This document shows, piece by piece, positions 47,974 to 57,772 of a DNA stretch of 64,000 nucleotides. The stretch comes from Ostreococcus lucimarinus (Eukaryota). The stretch is from assembly GCA_000092065.1 (NCBI GenBank), contig CP000589.1, one strand, 5' to 3'. The notes beneath the pieces were generated by a model. The model saw nothing but the letters and a program-made list of their open reading frames with translations. It ran no database searches and was not told the origin of the DNA. Each line of letters starts with the position of its first letter. Within the stretch, counting starts at the first letter, position 1. A program made the position numbers and the translations under genes.

Positions 47974-49386
47974 TTAATTTGACACGTTCGCACGCAGCGT
48001 CTGGATCTCACGCGCGAACGCTTCACCGATGTAGTCGGCGTCCGGCGTCGCGTCTGGGTCGACGACTAACGTTAGGCGAAGGTTACCGGCGTAACTGAAC
48101 ACGCTTACTTGATTGACGAGGTTCGAACACGCAAAAACAATATCGCGCACGCGAGAGCCCATTAATAAAATCGGTTCCGTCGGCCCCGGGACGTTGGTGA
48201 AGACCATACTGTGCCGAGACATGTAATCGAAGACGACTTGACGCTGCACGTCGGGACCCGCCGTGGCAACGACTTCGTTCAACGCGCGGGTGACGTACGG
48301 TTCAGGCGATCGCTTCATAAAGTTGCAAACCTTTTGCGCCTTTGACAGGCGCTCGGCAGCACTCATGACACCCATGGGAAACGTCAAAGAGACAAACGTC
48401 CAGGAATTTGTCAGCGCGCCGACGACGCGATTGGGGAAAGCGTACGGCGTCGCCGCGCGAATGAGCGGCTTCTTCGCCGCGCTCTTATCGCCCATCTCTT
48501 CCAGGTACTGCTGAATCGCCCCCGCCAAAGCAGCGACGACGATGTCGTTCACCGTACACCCGCTGCCGTTTTTAATCTTCTTAACATCTTCCATGGGTAT
48601 CGGCGGACACACAACGACGCGCCGCTTGCCTGAAAACGCATACGGCGGACGCGACCCTTTAAACGTGGTCTTCGTGTCATACGGCCCCGCCGCGGTGAAC
48701 ACAGCCTTCAACGCGCCGTAAATGCACACGAAAATAAACGTGATGAACGCCCAAATAACAGCTAAAACGGATTTGTGCGCCTTGGCCGCGCGCCGCTTGA
48801 AATCCAACAAACGCATGTCGCCCCCGTCGAGCGCCGTGGACACCTTTTTCAAAACATCCACGAGCGCGATCCCATCCCCGATCGCGTGGCTCACTCGAAA
48901 CATCACCACCGGTGGTTCTGGGCTCGTTTTCGCGTCCCCATCCCACGCCGCGCTCGTCTTCTTCCGCGTCACCACGACGCAGTCCCACAGCGGCGACTCC
49001 GCGTCGAACGGTTTCAGCGTCGCCTCGTTCATCACCCTCGCCAGCTCCCTCGCGCTCTCCACCTCAACGCGCGCGAACCGTTTCATCACATCGTACCCTC
49101 CCCCCTCGATCACCTCCCATCGCAATCGCCGCAGCGTCTTTTCGCTCTTCGCGTTCGCCGGTCGCGCTCGGCTCCGCAGCTCGGGAAACGCCTCCAGCTT
49201 CTCCGCGAACGTCCTGACGTCCTCGTCCGTCGGCGCGCGCTCGAGATAAAACGTCGAGACGAGCGGGAAGTCCGGCGCGTTCGCCTTGCGCGGGAACGCG
49301 CCGCCCGGTCCGCGCAGCGTCGCGCGCGCGAGCGTTTCCGTGAGCGTGTTCATCGCCATCGTCGTCGTCGTCGTCGTCGTCGTCAT
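47974..49386 (-). CDS. wax ester synthase/diacylglycerol acyltransferase (WS/DGAT, WSD1-like O-acyltransferase)
   Basis: Acyltransferase active-site region [13 protein letters not shown] (HHxxxDG-type), TM segment, C-terminal DUF1298-like region ([16 protein letters not shown]). First ATG 49386 ([13 protein letters not shown], poly-Thr from a (GTC)n tract). Confidence 0.65.
   Translation of the reverse strand: MTTTTTTTTMAMNTLTETLARATLRGPGGAFPRKANAPDFPLVSTFYLERAPTDEDVRTFAEKLEAFPELRSRARPANAKSEKTLRRLRWEVIEGGGYDVMKRFARVEVESARELARVMNEATLKPFDAESPLWDCVVVTRKKTSAAWDGDAKTSPEPPVVMFRVSHAIGDGIALVDVLKKVSTALDGGDMRLLDFKRRAAKAHKSVLAVIWAFITFIFVCIYGALKAVFTAAGPYDTKTTFKGSRPPYAFSGKRRVVVCPPIPMEDVKKIKNGSGCTVNDIVVAALAGAIQQYLEEMGDKSAAKKPLIRAATPYAFPNRVVGALTNSWTFVSLTFPMGVMSAAERLSKAQKVCNFMKRSPEPYVTRALNEVVATAGPDVQRQVVFDYMSRHSMVFTNVPGPTEPILLMGSRVRDIVFACSNLVNQVSVFSYAGNLRLTLVVDPDATPDADYIGEAFAREIQTLRANVSN
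49361..49384. repeat. (GTC)8 repeat encoding poly-Thr at the N-terminus of the WS/DGAT gene (minus strand)
   Basis: gtcgtcgtcgtcgtcgtcgtcgtc; minus-strand codons ACG x8 give [10 protein letters not shown]. Confidence 0.8.
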
Positions 49387-49577
49387 CGCGCGTCCGCGTC
49401 GCGCGCGCGCGGCGATCGAACCCGTCCCTCGCGCGTCGTTCGCGCGCGTCGTCGCCGCGTCGTCGCGCGCGAGAGTGGCGCGCGCGCGGCGCGCGCGCGG
49501 CGACCGTTGCCGCAGATTGACGCGCGGCGAACGCGCGACGAACGCGCGCGATGGCGACCGCGGTCGCGGCGGCGGTG

Positions 49578-49675
49578 CGCGACGCGCGACGCGCGCGACG
49601 CGCGACGCGCGACGCGCGACGGCGCGCGACGGCGACGGCGCGACGCGACGCGACGCGACGCGATCGCGACGATCG
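49578..49675. repeat. GC-only heptamer-like tandem repeats (GCGACGC/GCGCGAC)n in the WS/DGAT / RPT3 divergent promoter
   Basis: gcgacgcgcgacgcgcgcgacgcgcgacgcgcgacgcgcgacggcgcgcgacggcgacggcgcgacgcgacgcgacgcgacgcgatcgcgac, with no A/T for about 100 bp. Confidence 0.6.
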
Positions 49676-49726
49676 AAACGATCGTCGAGTCGACGTCGCG
49701 ACGCCGACGCGCGACGACGCGACGCG

Positions 49727-50980
49727 ATGGAACGACTGACGACGACGCGCGCGGTGTGCGATGACGCGCAGATGCCGGCGACGCACGCGAACGCGAGCGG
49801 GGCGACGACGACGAGCGAGGGATCCTCGACGACGACGGATCTGTACGCGCGACTCAAGTCGCTTCAACGCGAACTGGAGCTGGTGGAGATTCAAGAGGAG
49901 TACATCAAGGATGAACAAAAGAACTTGAAGATTGAATTGCTCAGGGCGCAGGAAGAGGTGAAGCGGATACAGAGCGTGCCGTTGGTGATTGGACAGTTTT
50001 TGGAGATGGTGGACGCGGAGACGGGGATCATATCGTCGACGACGGGGTCGAATTATTACGTGCGGATTTTGTCGACGCTGAACCGGGAGCTGTTGAAACC
50101 GTCGAGCTCGGTGGCGTTGCACAGACATTCGAACGCGCTGGTGGAGATTTTACCTCCCGAGGCGGATTCGTCGATTTCTTTGTTGAGCGACGCGGAACGG
50201 CCGGATGTGAAGTACAGCGACATCGGGGGGGCGGATGTGCAAAAGCAAGAGATTCGCGAGGCGGTCGAGCTTCCGTTGACGCACTTCGATTTGTATAGGC
50301 AGATTGGAATCGATCCACCGCGTGGGGTCTTGCTGTACGGACCACCCGGGACGGGGAAAACGATGTTGGCCAAGGCGGTGGCGCACCACACCACGGCGGC
50401 GTTTATTCGCGTCGTCGGGAGCGAGTTCGTGCAGAAGTACCTCGGCGAAGGGCCGAGAATGGTGAGAGATGTGTTTCGATTGGCGAAGGAAAACGCCCCA
50501 GCGATCATCTTCATCGACGAGGTCGATTCCATCGCGACTGCGCGTTTCGACGCGCACACCGGCGCGGATCGTGAGGTGCAGCGTATTTTGATGGAGCTCT
50601 TGAACCAAATGGACGGATTCGATCAAACGGTCAACGTCAAAGTAATCATGGCGACGAACCGTGCGGATACCCTCGATCCGGCGTTATTGCGCCCCGGTCG
50701 TCTCGATCGAAAGATTGAGTGCCCGCATCCCGATCGTCGTCAAAAGCGTTTGGTGTTCCAGGTGTGCGTGAACAAGATGAGCCTCAGCGACGAAGTAGAT
50801 TTGGAGGATTACGTCAGTCGACCGGACAAGATCTCCGCCGCGGACATTCGCTCCATCTGCCAAGAAGCCGGGTTGCAAGCCGTTCGGAAGAATCGATACG
50901 TGGTTTTACCGAAAGACTTTGAAGTCGCGTACAAGACGAACGTGCGCAAACCTGACAACGACTTTGAATTTTACCGATAG
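49727..50980 (+). CDS. RPT3: 26S proteasome regulatory (base) AAA-ATPase subunit RPT3 / PSMC4
   Basis: Near-collinear with PSMC4: [23 protein letters not shown], Walker [67 protein letters not shown], Walker B, and C-terminal ...DNDFEFYR (PSMC4 ends ...EHEFYK). Track start 49286 is TTG; ATG 49727. Confidence 0.95.
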   Translation: MERLTTTRAVCDDAQMPATHANASGATTTSEGSSTTTDLYARLKSLQRELELVEIQEEYIKDEQKNLKIELLRAQEEVKRIQSVPLVIGQFLEMVDAETGIISSTTGSNYYVRILSTLNRELLKPSSSVALHRHSNALVEILPPEADSSISLLSDAERPDVKYSDIGGADVQKQEIREAVELPLTHFDLYRQIGIDPPRGVLLYGPPGTGKTMLAKAVAHHTTAAFIRVVGSEFVQKYLGEGPRMVRDVFRLAKENAPAIIFIDEVDSIATARFDAHTGADREVQRILMELLNQMDGFDQTVNVKVIMATNRADTLDPALLRPGRLDRKIECPHPDRRQKRLVFQVCVNKMSLSDEVDLEDYVSRPDKISAADIRSICQEAGLQAVRKNRYVVLPKDFEVAYKTNVRKPDNDFEFYR

Positions 50981-51162
50981 ACGAGATGGTTTAGTTTTTG
51001 CTAGCGATCGGGCGGCGGTCAACGGCTGTAGTAAAATTTCCTCATATTGAACATGAACAATACATTCCTGTAACTCTCGTACGGTTATTCAGACACTCGC
51101 GCCGTCGCGTTGGCAAACGCGCCGACGCGGGCGAGCGATTTCAATCATAACACCGGAACGCC

Positions 51163-53187
51163 TCAAGCGCCCGCGGGACGAGCTGACGAGCAACGGAAAC
51201 ACGTCTGGCGCGAACTGAAGCAATGCGCGGAACAGCTCCCACAGATCCAATCCCCACTTCTGAAGTTTTCCGTCTGCGGACCGCCGTCGCGAGAACCTTC
51301 GGACTGCGGCGGAGCTTCGTTGCCCGTCTTCGCGTTGCTGCACTTGAAACAATGATCACGCGACTGAAAATTGTGCGCGGAACAGCTCCCACAGATCCAA
51401 TCCCCAGCACGAAACACGCCAGCTCCCGGACCACCCGCTTCCGAGCTCGCCTTGGACGTCCCGCCCGGCGGCGAAAAGCTCCCTTCCGCGCCTTCGTCTT
51501 TGCCTCTTTTACATCGAAAGCACGAATTTCGGCTCGCGAAGCAATGCGCGTTGCATCGAGCACACGTCCAATCGCCCGGTCGCCGCGCTCCTTGCGGCGC
51601 AGGCACCTCTGAAGACGTCGCCGCCGGAAAATTCTCCTGCGCCGGCGCGCCACCGGCGACGCGTAACCCCAACCACGCAAACGTCAGCGTTAGGTACGGC
51701 GTCCCCGACGGCGCGTTCACGTTGGCGATGGGATCAAGGTGCAAAGCCAATGGAGCGATACGCAACAACCCACTCGCGGCATCGACGCCGCGCTCGCGCA
51801 CCGAACCGACCACGACGCAACTCCCAGTGTTGCTGTGACCCATGGCGCCTACGACGGCTTGATTCACCGGCGCACACACCAAACGCACGTTCGCTCCTTG
51901 GTTCGAAACGACGACCGGCGTGCTTTCGATATCAGCCAACAGGTGCGTGTCCTGCACGATCTCCAACCGAGCCCCTTTGCTCAATCGCGCGCCGAGCTCA
52001 GCCGCGAGACTTGTGCCGTACGGATTCGCCACGCGATCCAACATTGACAAAAACCGCGCCGACCCGACGTTGGCGAGCGTCGATTGCATCATGTTCACCA
52101 GAGGCGCCAAACGCTGCGACCAAGCCGCGGCGTTTTGAGGACGCACGGCGTGTCCACCCGTCAGACTCGTGCATAAAATTCCCGAACCCTCCGCCCCAGA
52201 CGTGAGTTGTTGAAACACGCTGAGTAGTTGCTCGGGCGTCTCCACTTGCATCGATGCCACACCGCCGCCACCGTGCGGCGTCGGGTGCGAAGACACACCT
52301 GCAGCCGCACGCTGCGCGAAGGACCCGCCCGGCGGCGTCGGCGGCGGAACAGCCGCCACGGGCGTGACGGTGGGACCCACCGCCGCTGGTGCCGCCGCTG
52401 AGTGCGCCTTCATCGCCCCGATCGCGCTCGCGTACGAAGGCGGCGCCGCAGCCGCCGCAGGCGCCATAGCCGCTCGCTGCGGTGGCGGCGTGCTCGGCAT
52501 CGGAGGCGCCACCGGCGCCGCGGGCGCCGCCGCGCCGACGCTCGCCGAAGCCGGCGCCGCGCCGAACGCCGCCGTCCCGCTCGAAGCCGCGCCGGACCCG
52601 AAGCCACCACCCCCAGTGGAAAACGACGACACGCTTTCAAACCCACCGAACCCACCACCCAAGCCGAGCCCTAACCCGAGGTTCAACCCGAGCCCCGGCC
52701 CGAGGCCCCCGCCCAAGCCGCCGCCGTCGCCCGCGCCGCTCATCCCCGTCAGCGCGATTTGCGGATTCGGAAACGGATGCGCCTCCTCGCTCAACTGCAC
52801 GCTCACGCATCGCAGCTCCGGCAGCAGCGTCCGCTGTCCCGCGAGGGACTCAGACAACCACGCCGCGAACCCCGCGGCGTCCGTCCCCGCGAACCGCCCC
52901 AGCGTAATCAGTTGCTGATCGGGCCGCTGACTCGCGTAATACGTATCCGCCCCCGGCAACGCCGCGCTCAGCGCCTGCGCGATCCTCAACGACGCGGGAC
53001 AATCGATCCCGACCAACACGCACCCATTCTGCATCACTTTACACTTCGGCAACACTCGCCCGGACGCCGGTCCGTGCGCGCTCGCCACGCGCCGCAGCGC
53101 CTCCGTCACGCCTTCGCCTCCCAAGCCCGTGCCTTCGAGCCCAGACACGAGCGCCACGTGCGGCGGCGCGCATCCCATCCCTATCAT
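51163..53187 (-). CDS. Gly-rich low-complexity protein with three C-terminal RanBP2-type zinc fingers (putative RNA-binding protein)
   Basis: Three ZnF_RBZ units: GDWTCARCNAHCFASRNSCFRC, GDWICGSCSAHNFQSRDHCFKC, GDWICGSCSAHCFSSRQTCFRC. Long GGLGGGLGPGLGLNLGLGLG tract. First ATG 53187 (track ORF start 53364 is GTG). Confidence 0.7.
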   Translation of the reverse strand: MIGMGCAPPHVALVSGLEGTGLGGEGVTEALRRVASAHGPASGRVLPKCKVMQNGCVLVGIDCPASLRIAQALSAALPGADTYYASQRPDQQLITLGRFAGTDAAGFAAWLSESLAGQRTLLPELRCVSVQLSEEAHPFPNPQIALTGMSGAGDGGGLGGGLGPGLGLNLGLGLGLGGGFGGFESVSSFSTGGGGFGSGAASSGTAAFGAAPASASVGAAAPAAPVAPPMPSTPPPQRAAMAPAAAAAPPSYASAIGAMKAHSAAAPAAVGPTVTPVAAVPPPTPPGGSFAQRAAAGVSSHPTPHGGGGVASMQVETPEQLLSVFQQLTSGAEGSGILCTSLTGGHAVRPQNAAAWSQRLAPLVNMMQSTLANVGSARFLSMLDRVANPYGTSLAAELGARLSKGARLEIVQDTHLLADIESTPVVVSNQGANVRLVCAPVNQAVVGAMGHSNTGSCVVVGSVRERGVDAASGLLRIAPLALHLDPIANVNAPSGTPYLTLTFAWLGLRVAGGAPAQENFPAATSSEVPAPQGARRPGDWTCARCNAHCFASRNSCFRCKRGKDEGAEGSFSPPGGTSKASSEAGGPGAGVFRAGDWICGSCSAHNFQSRDHCFKCSNAKTGNEAPPQSEGSRDGGPQTENFRSGDWICGSCSAHCFSSRQTCFRCSSARPAGA

Positions 53188-53268
53188 CGAGTCCGCGGTC
53201 CCGCGCGTCGTCAGTCGTCCGAGATCGCGCGCGCGCGTTCGATTCTTTCGCCAATTCTCAAAACTCGC

Positions 53269-53310
53269 GATCGCATCATCGATCGCATCATCGCGCTTCT
53301 CGCGCTTCTC
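53269..53310. repeat. two adjacent perfect tandem duplications (12-bp x2, then 9-bp x2) in the ZnF / TYW divergent promoter
   Basis: gatcgcatcatc gatcgcatcatc (53269..53292) followed by gcgcttctc gcgcttctc (53293..53310). Confidence 0.8.
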
Positions 53311-53595
53311 CCGTCGTCTCGCGCGTCCTTCGTCGCGCGAGCGCCGCGCGAGACGCGCACGCACCCGCTCGCGGTTCGCTCTGCGCGATGAACTGCCCCT
53401 CGAACGCGCTGCCGCGGTGCCACTGCAGCGCCTGCGCGAGATGCGACACCGCGTGTTCGCTCACGTCGTCGAAGCGCAGGCGCGCGTACGCGTGCGCGCC
53501 GAGCGCGTCGCTCGACATCGCGCGTCGCGCGTCCTCGCGGCGCGGTGCTCGCGCGTTCGCGCGTCGCGCTGTGCGGCGTCGGCACTCTCGCGCGC

Positions 53596-56500
53596 ATGGC
53601 GACGTTCGACGCGCGCAAGGCGCTCGAGCGCGACGCCGTCGTGCTCGGCGACGCCGAGGCGAGCGCGAGGGATCGCAGTCGCGCCGGACGCGTGGACGCG
53701 CGGTGCGAGGCGATCGTGCGCGAGGTGTTCGCGTCGGATGATTTCTTCACGACGAGCTCGTGCTCGGGACGCGTGAGCGTGTTCGCGGAGCGCGGACGCG
53801 GGAAGCGCGAGGGCAAGGGCGAGGGCGGGACGTGGGCGTACGTGTCGCACGAACCGGCGCTGGGCGAGGCGGTGGCGGCGGCGGTGCGCGCGCACGCGGG
53901 GGAGGGGGAGGAGGGCGACGGCGACGGCGAAGGCGGCGGCTGGGCGAAACCGACGCTGACGCTGCGGTTTGAACCGTTCATATTAGCGGTCGAGGCGCGG
54001 GATTTAGACGCGGGAGAGGCGTTCGTGCGGTGCGCGCGAGAGTGTGGGTACAGGGAGAGCGGGATCACGGCGAGTGAGAAACGGGTGATTTGCGCGGCGC
54101 GATGTCAGCTTCGGTTGGACGCGCCGGTGGTGGTGGACGGCGAACGCTTGGTGAGCGATGAGGGGTTGGAGACGCTCGTGCGGTTGGCGAACGAGAAGTT
54201 TCAAGTGAACGCCGATCGAATGGAGCGGTTTCGGGAGGCTTTTAACGCGATGTGCGCGAAGAGGGCGGCCGCGAAGGCGGGGCCGAGCGACGAAGGAGGC
54301 GCGCTCAAGTGCGTCGAGGCAAAGAAGCAAGTCGCGAAGGCTGTGAAAGACGCGCTGAAGCGGGGTGGGTGGTTAGATAACGCCCGTAGATCTGCGACGA
54401 AGAAGAACGACGTGGGTGACGTGGAGTGCGTGATTTTACCCATCAAGCGCGGCGCGGAGACGGCGATTTCCTCAACCGTGACTTCGGACGCAAAGCTCGT
54501 GTTGGCGGCGATTGAAGCGGGAGACGTCGTCGTGTGCGACGACAGCGGGCACGTAAACGGTGGTCTTGGTCTGATGTCTGCGAAGAAGACGCAGAATCCA
54601 GTGACGCAAATGAAACAAGAAGTGGCGGCGATGCTTGAGGCCAAAGGCTTAAATGTCAACTTGGCGCAAGAAGCGCCGACGCGCTGGGAAAAGTTGGGTG
54701 ATTTGGTGTTGCTTCCCGCGAACGCGTTTACGGCGAGCGACTTTAGCGCGTTCGGTGCCGAGTTGTACGCCTGTGTGGCGCGAGTTCTCGGCGCATCGCG
54801 CGTTGCGCGCCAAGCGCCGGTGAGCCAAGGGCCAAAGCGCGAATCTCGCGCGGTGATGCTTTACCCCGAAGGTGCCGATGGTTGGGTCGAGACGAAAGAG
54901 CTCGGCGTAACGTATGGATTAGATGTCACGAAAGTTATGTTTAGCAGTGGTAACGGCACGGAGAAAAACCGCATGGGCGCGGTCGGCGCAAACGGCGAAA
55001 CCGTCGTGGACCTGTTCGCTGGCATCGGTTACTACACTTTGCAGTTACTCAAGAACGCGGGCGCGGCCAAGGTGTACGCGTGTGAGTGGAACCCTAATAG
55101 TTGCGAAGCCTTGCGTCATAATCTGCGCGTGAACGGCGTGGAGTCACGGTGTGAAGTGTTAGAGGGCGACAATCGTCGAACCGCGCCGACGGGCGTCGCC
55201 GATCGCGTCTTACTAGGATTGCTCCCGCACGCTGAGATGTCGTGGGAAACCGCGATTAAAGCGCTGAAACCGAAAGGTGGGGTATTACACGTGCACTCAA
55301 ACGTTAACAGTGGCGATGAGGACGAGTGGATGGTGCGTTTGGTGAGCGAGCTGAAGTCACTGGCCGAGACGAACGGTCGCGGCGATTTAGACATCGTCGT
55401 GGAACACCTCGAGCGCGTGAAATGGTACGGTCCGCGCATTCGACACGTCGTGTGTGACGTTCGCTGTACCAGTCGAACGCATAAAGATGACCTCGCCGCG
55501 ACGCGAAATATGGCCCCGAAAAGCGCTGTCTTGGCGAGACAACCTGCGAGGACGTCGGGAACGAATGTGAGACGCGTTCATCGTCCGTTGCCCGCGGACT
55601 TCAAGAACACGATCGCCGCGCAGCGCGTCCCGGCTGTCATCAGTGGACTCGATATCGGCCAAGCGCCGTGGACGTGGACGCCAAGTTATCTGGCTTCCCT
55701 CGACGGCGTTCCAGAGAAGCTTGTGAGCGTTCACGTCAGTCGTGATCCCAAGCTGGACTTCGTGCGCAAAAACTTCAAATACGTCGTGATGCCTTTTGGT
55801 GAACTACTGGCGAAAGTGAACGATGCGAGCGATGACAATTTCTACTATTTGCGAAGCATTGGGGAGAATCCGCGAAAAGAGCCGGCGCACGCGCTTCTAC
55901 AATTCCCATCGTTTGCGCGCGATTTGAAACTTCCGAGCGAGTTTTGGGGATCCGAAGACAACTACTTCAGCGCCGTCGTTCGCGTGAGCAGTGGCGATTT
56001 ACAGCTCTGGACGCATTATGACGCCATGGATAACATGTTGATTCAGCTTCATGGCGAGAAGCGTGTGCTTCTGTTCCCACCGTCCGTGTCAGGCGACTTA
56101 TATCTTGAAGGTTCGTCATCCGTCGTCCGCGACGTGGACGATCACGATCGAGAATCGTTCCCACGATTCGCGCGCGCTCGAAAAGCGGCGTTGGAAGTCA
56201 TCTTACAACCAGGTGACGTATTGTACATCCCCGCGCTTTGGGCGCACCACGTCACCGCCTTGCACGGCCCGTCGATTGCGCTCAACGTATTTTTCCGACA
56301 CCTCCCCACGAGTGGATACCCATCGAAAGATTTGTACGGGAACGCCGACCCAATCGCGGCTGCGAGTGCGCTCAAATCAATAAACTCCGCGATCGAATCC
56401 TTGAAAGAGTTGCCGCTAGATTACCGTGTATTTTACGCTGGCGTCGCAGCGGCGAGACTGGAGAGTGAGCTTGGCGTCGAATCCGCTCGAAGAGCGCTTG

Positions 56501-56631
56501 CAACGGTGAACGACGACACGCCGAAATCGCGCGGGATGAATTCGCGCGCAACAAAAGGTACAGGCGTGGTCGGCACAGTCTTATCTGCTCTTGCATGCCT
56601 GCTCATTACACGCCGCGCTTCGCGGAAGTGA
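53596..56631 (+). CDS. trifunctional tRNA wybutosine biosynthesis protein: TYW3 + TYW2 (Trm5-like) + JmjC hydroxylase (TYW5-like) fused in one 1011-aa ORF
   Basis: N-terminal TYW3/DUF207 signature DFFTTSSCSGRVSVF. Central TYW2/Met-10 MTase (ETVVDLFAGIGYYTLQLL, VYACEWNPNSCEALRHNLRVNGV, GDNRRTAPTGVADRVLLGLLP, LHVHSNV). C-terminal JmjC/cupin with Fe ligands (LWTHYDAMDNMLIQLHGEKRVLLFPP...LYIPALWAHHVTAL). Track start 53545 is GTG; ATG 53596. Confidence 0.75.
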   Translation: MATFDARKALERDAVVLGDAEASARDRSRAGRVDARCEAIVREVFASDDFFTTSSCSGRVSVFAERGRGKREGKGEGGTWAYVSHEPALGEAVAAAVRAHAGEGEEGDGDGEGGGWAKPTLTLRFEPFILAVEARDLDAGEAFVRCARECGYRESGITASEKRVICAARCQLRLDAPVVVDGERLVSDEGLETLVRLANEKFQVNADRMERFREAFNAMCAKRAAAKAGPSDEGGALKCVEAKKQVAKAVKDALKRGGWLDNARRSATKKNDVGDVECVILPIKRGAETAISSTVTSDAKLVLAAIEAGDVVVCDDSGHVNGGLGLMSAKKTQNPVTQMKQEVAAMLEAKGLNVNLAQEAPTRWEKLGDLVLLPANAFTASDFSAFGAELYACVARVLGASRVARQAPVSQGPKRESRAVMLYPEGADGWVETKELGVTYGLDVTKVMFSSGNGTEKNRMGAVGANGETVVDLFAGIGYYTLQLLKNAGAAKVYACEWNPNSCEALRHNLRVNGVESRCEVLEGDNRRTAPTGVADRVLLGLLPHAEMSWETAIKALKPKGGVLHVHSNVNSGDEDEWMVRLVSELKSLAETNGRGDLDIVVEHLERVKWYGPRIRHVVCDVRCTSRTHKDDLAATRNMAPKSAVLARQPARTSGTNVRRVHRPLPADFKNTIAAQRVPAVISGLDIGQAPWTWTPSYLASLDGVPEKLVSVHVSRDPKLDFVRKNFKYVVMPFGELLAKVNDASDDNFYYLRSIGENPRKEPAHALLQFPSFARDLKLPSEFWGSEDNYFSAVVRVSSGDLQLWTHYDAMDNMLIQLHGEKRVLLFPPSVSGDLYLEGSSSVVRDVDDHDRESFPRFARARKAALEVILQPGDVLYIPALWAHHVTALHGPSIALNVFFRHLPTSGYPSKDLYGNADPIAAASALKSINSAIESLKELPLDYRVFYAGVAAARLESELGVESARRALATVNDDTPKSRGMNSRATKGTGVVGTVLSALACLLITRRASRK

Positions 56632-56683
56632 GACGCGACTCAGCTCAGCCTAGAATGATGAATAGATCTATATAGCTACCTAT

Positions 56684-57520
56684 CTAGCGCGTACTCGCCT
56701 TCAAAATATCGATAATGTGCTTCAAGAGCACTGGTGTCGTCTCTGGAATTCCACCCATGATCGGGAAATCGCTCAACAACCCTTTACCTCTGTAGTAATT
56801 CTCCACCGGAATCGTCGACTTTTTGTACACCTCCAATCGCGCGCGAACGACTTCCTCCGTGTCGTCCGGTCTTTGGGTGAGCTTAGCGAAGCACTCCTGC
56901 GGTGGATTCAGCGGAGGCATAATAATCGTTTGCTCTCCCGCCTTTTCGCTTCTGATGTCGGCGATATTAAACGACTTCCCGCACTCCCCGCACTCTCTCC
57001 GTCCGCAGCACTTTTCCACCAAAATGTCCTCGCGAAGCGTCAAATTCAACACCTGCGTCACTTCCACCATCGTGCTAAGCGTCTCCGCCTGCGGCACCGT
57101 TCGAGGGAATCCATCTAACAAAAATCCTCGCTCACCCTCCGCCTCGCCGCGCTTGACGCGCTTGTCGAGGATATCCAGCACCAACGCGTCCGGGACGAGT
57201 TCGCCTCGCGCCGCGATGGCTTTCATCTCCTTCCCGAGCGCCGTCTCCCCCTTGATCTCCGCGCGAACGAGATCACCCATGGATATGTGCGGCACGCCCA
57301 TCTGCTTCGCCATTCTCGACGCGTACGTGCCCTTGCCGACGCCGGGAGCGCCCAAGAAGACCCAGTTTAGCTTTTTGCCTTGCTCGAGCACGCCGTCGCA
57401 CGTCGACGCGAGTTCGTCGCGCAGCGCGTCCACGGCAGCGCCCGTGGCGTCGAACGGGGTCGAGGCATACTTTCTAGAGAGCGCACGCGCGGTGACGACG
57501 GAAAGACGCCGCGCGAACAT
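56684..57520 (-). CDS. adenylate kinase (long type with LID domain) carrying an organellar transit-like N-terminus
   Basis: P-loop GAPGVGKGT. NMP-binding GDLVRAE...GELVPD. LLDGFPRT. LID with CGRRECGECGKSF. ATG at 57520..57518. Confidence 0.9.
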   Translation of the reverse strand: MFARRLSVVTARALSRKYASTPFDATGAAVDALRDELASTCDGVLEQGKKLNWVFLGAPGVGKGTYASRMAKQMGVPHISMGDLVRAEIKGETALGKEMKAIAARGELVPDALVLDILDKRVKRGEAEGERGFLLDGFPRTVPQAETLSTMVEVTQVLNLTLREDILVEKCCGRRECGECGKSFNIADIRSEKAGEQTIIMPPLNPPQECFAKLTQRPDDTEEVVRARLEVYKKSTIPVENYYRGKGLLSDFPIMGGIPETTPVLLKHIIDILKASTR

Positions 57521-57772
57521 GATGGGCGCGGGAAAGATTATGGCGACTCGCTCGGCGGCTCGGGGCCACGAAACATCCGGGACGAACGCGCGGGACGCCG
57601 GCCGCGCGCCGGCGTCGGCCGCGCGCCTTGAGTGGACAACTGGGGACGCTGATGTTACAAACGAATAATGAACAATGAATATTGGCGAGGCGCGCGCGAC
57701 GGTTCGCGCGGCTCGAAAGAATGACGAATATTAGCGCCGCGCTCGCGACTGGCGAAAAACGCCGATTCGACG

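Noticed and set aside
49578-49675. CRISPR-like or minisatellite array
   Set aside because: Repeat units are 7 bp, contiguous and spacer-less. This is simple-sequence DNA, not repeat-spacer architecture.
51219-51407. Dispersed repeat or transposon fragment
   Set aside because: The two 34-bp copies are the coding cores of adjacent RanBP2 zinc fingers in one gene.
53188-53364. Upstream extension of the RanBP2-ZnF gene to track start 53364
   Set aside because: The track start is GTG and there is no ATG before 53187. The region contains promoter-like tandem repeats. Kept only as a caveat.
53211-54068. 285-aa minus-strand ORF
   Set aside because: Antisense to the TYW3 domain of the fusion gene. 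Arg/Ala/Ser-rich.
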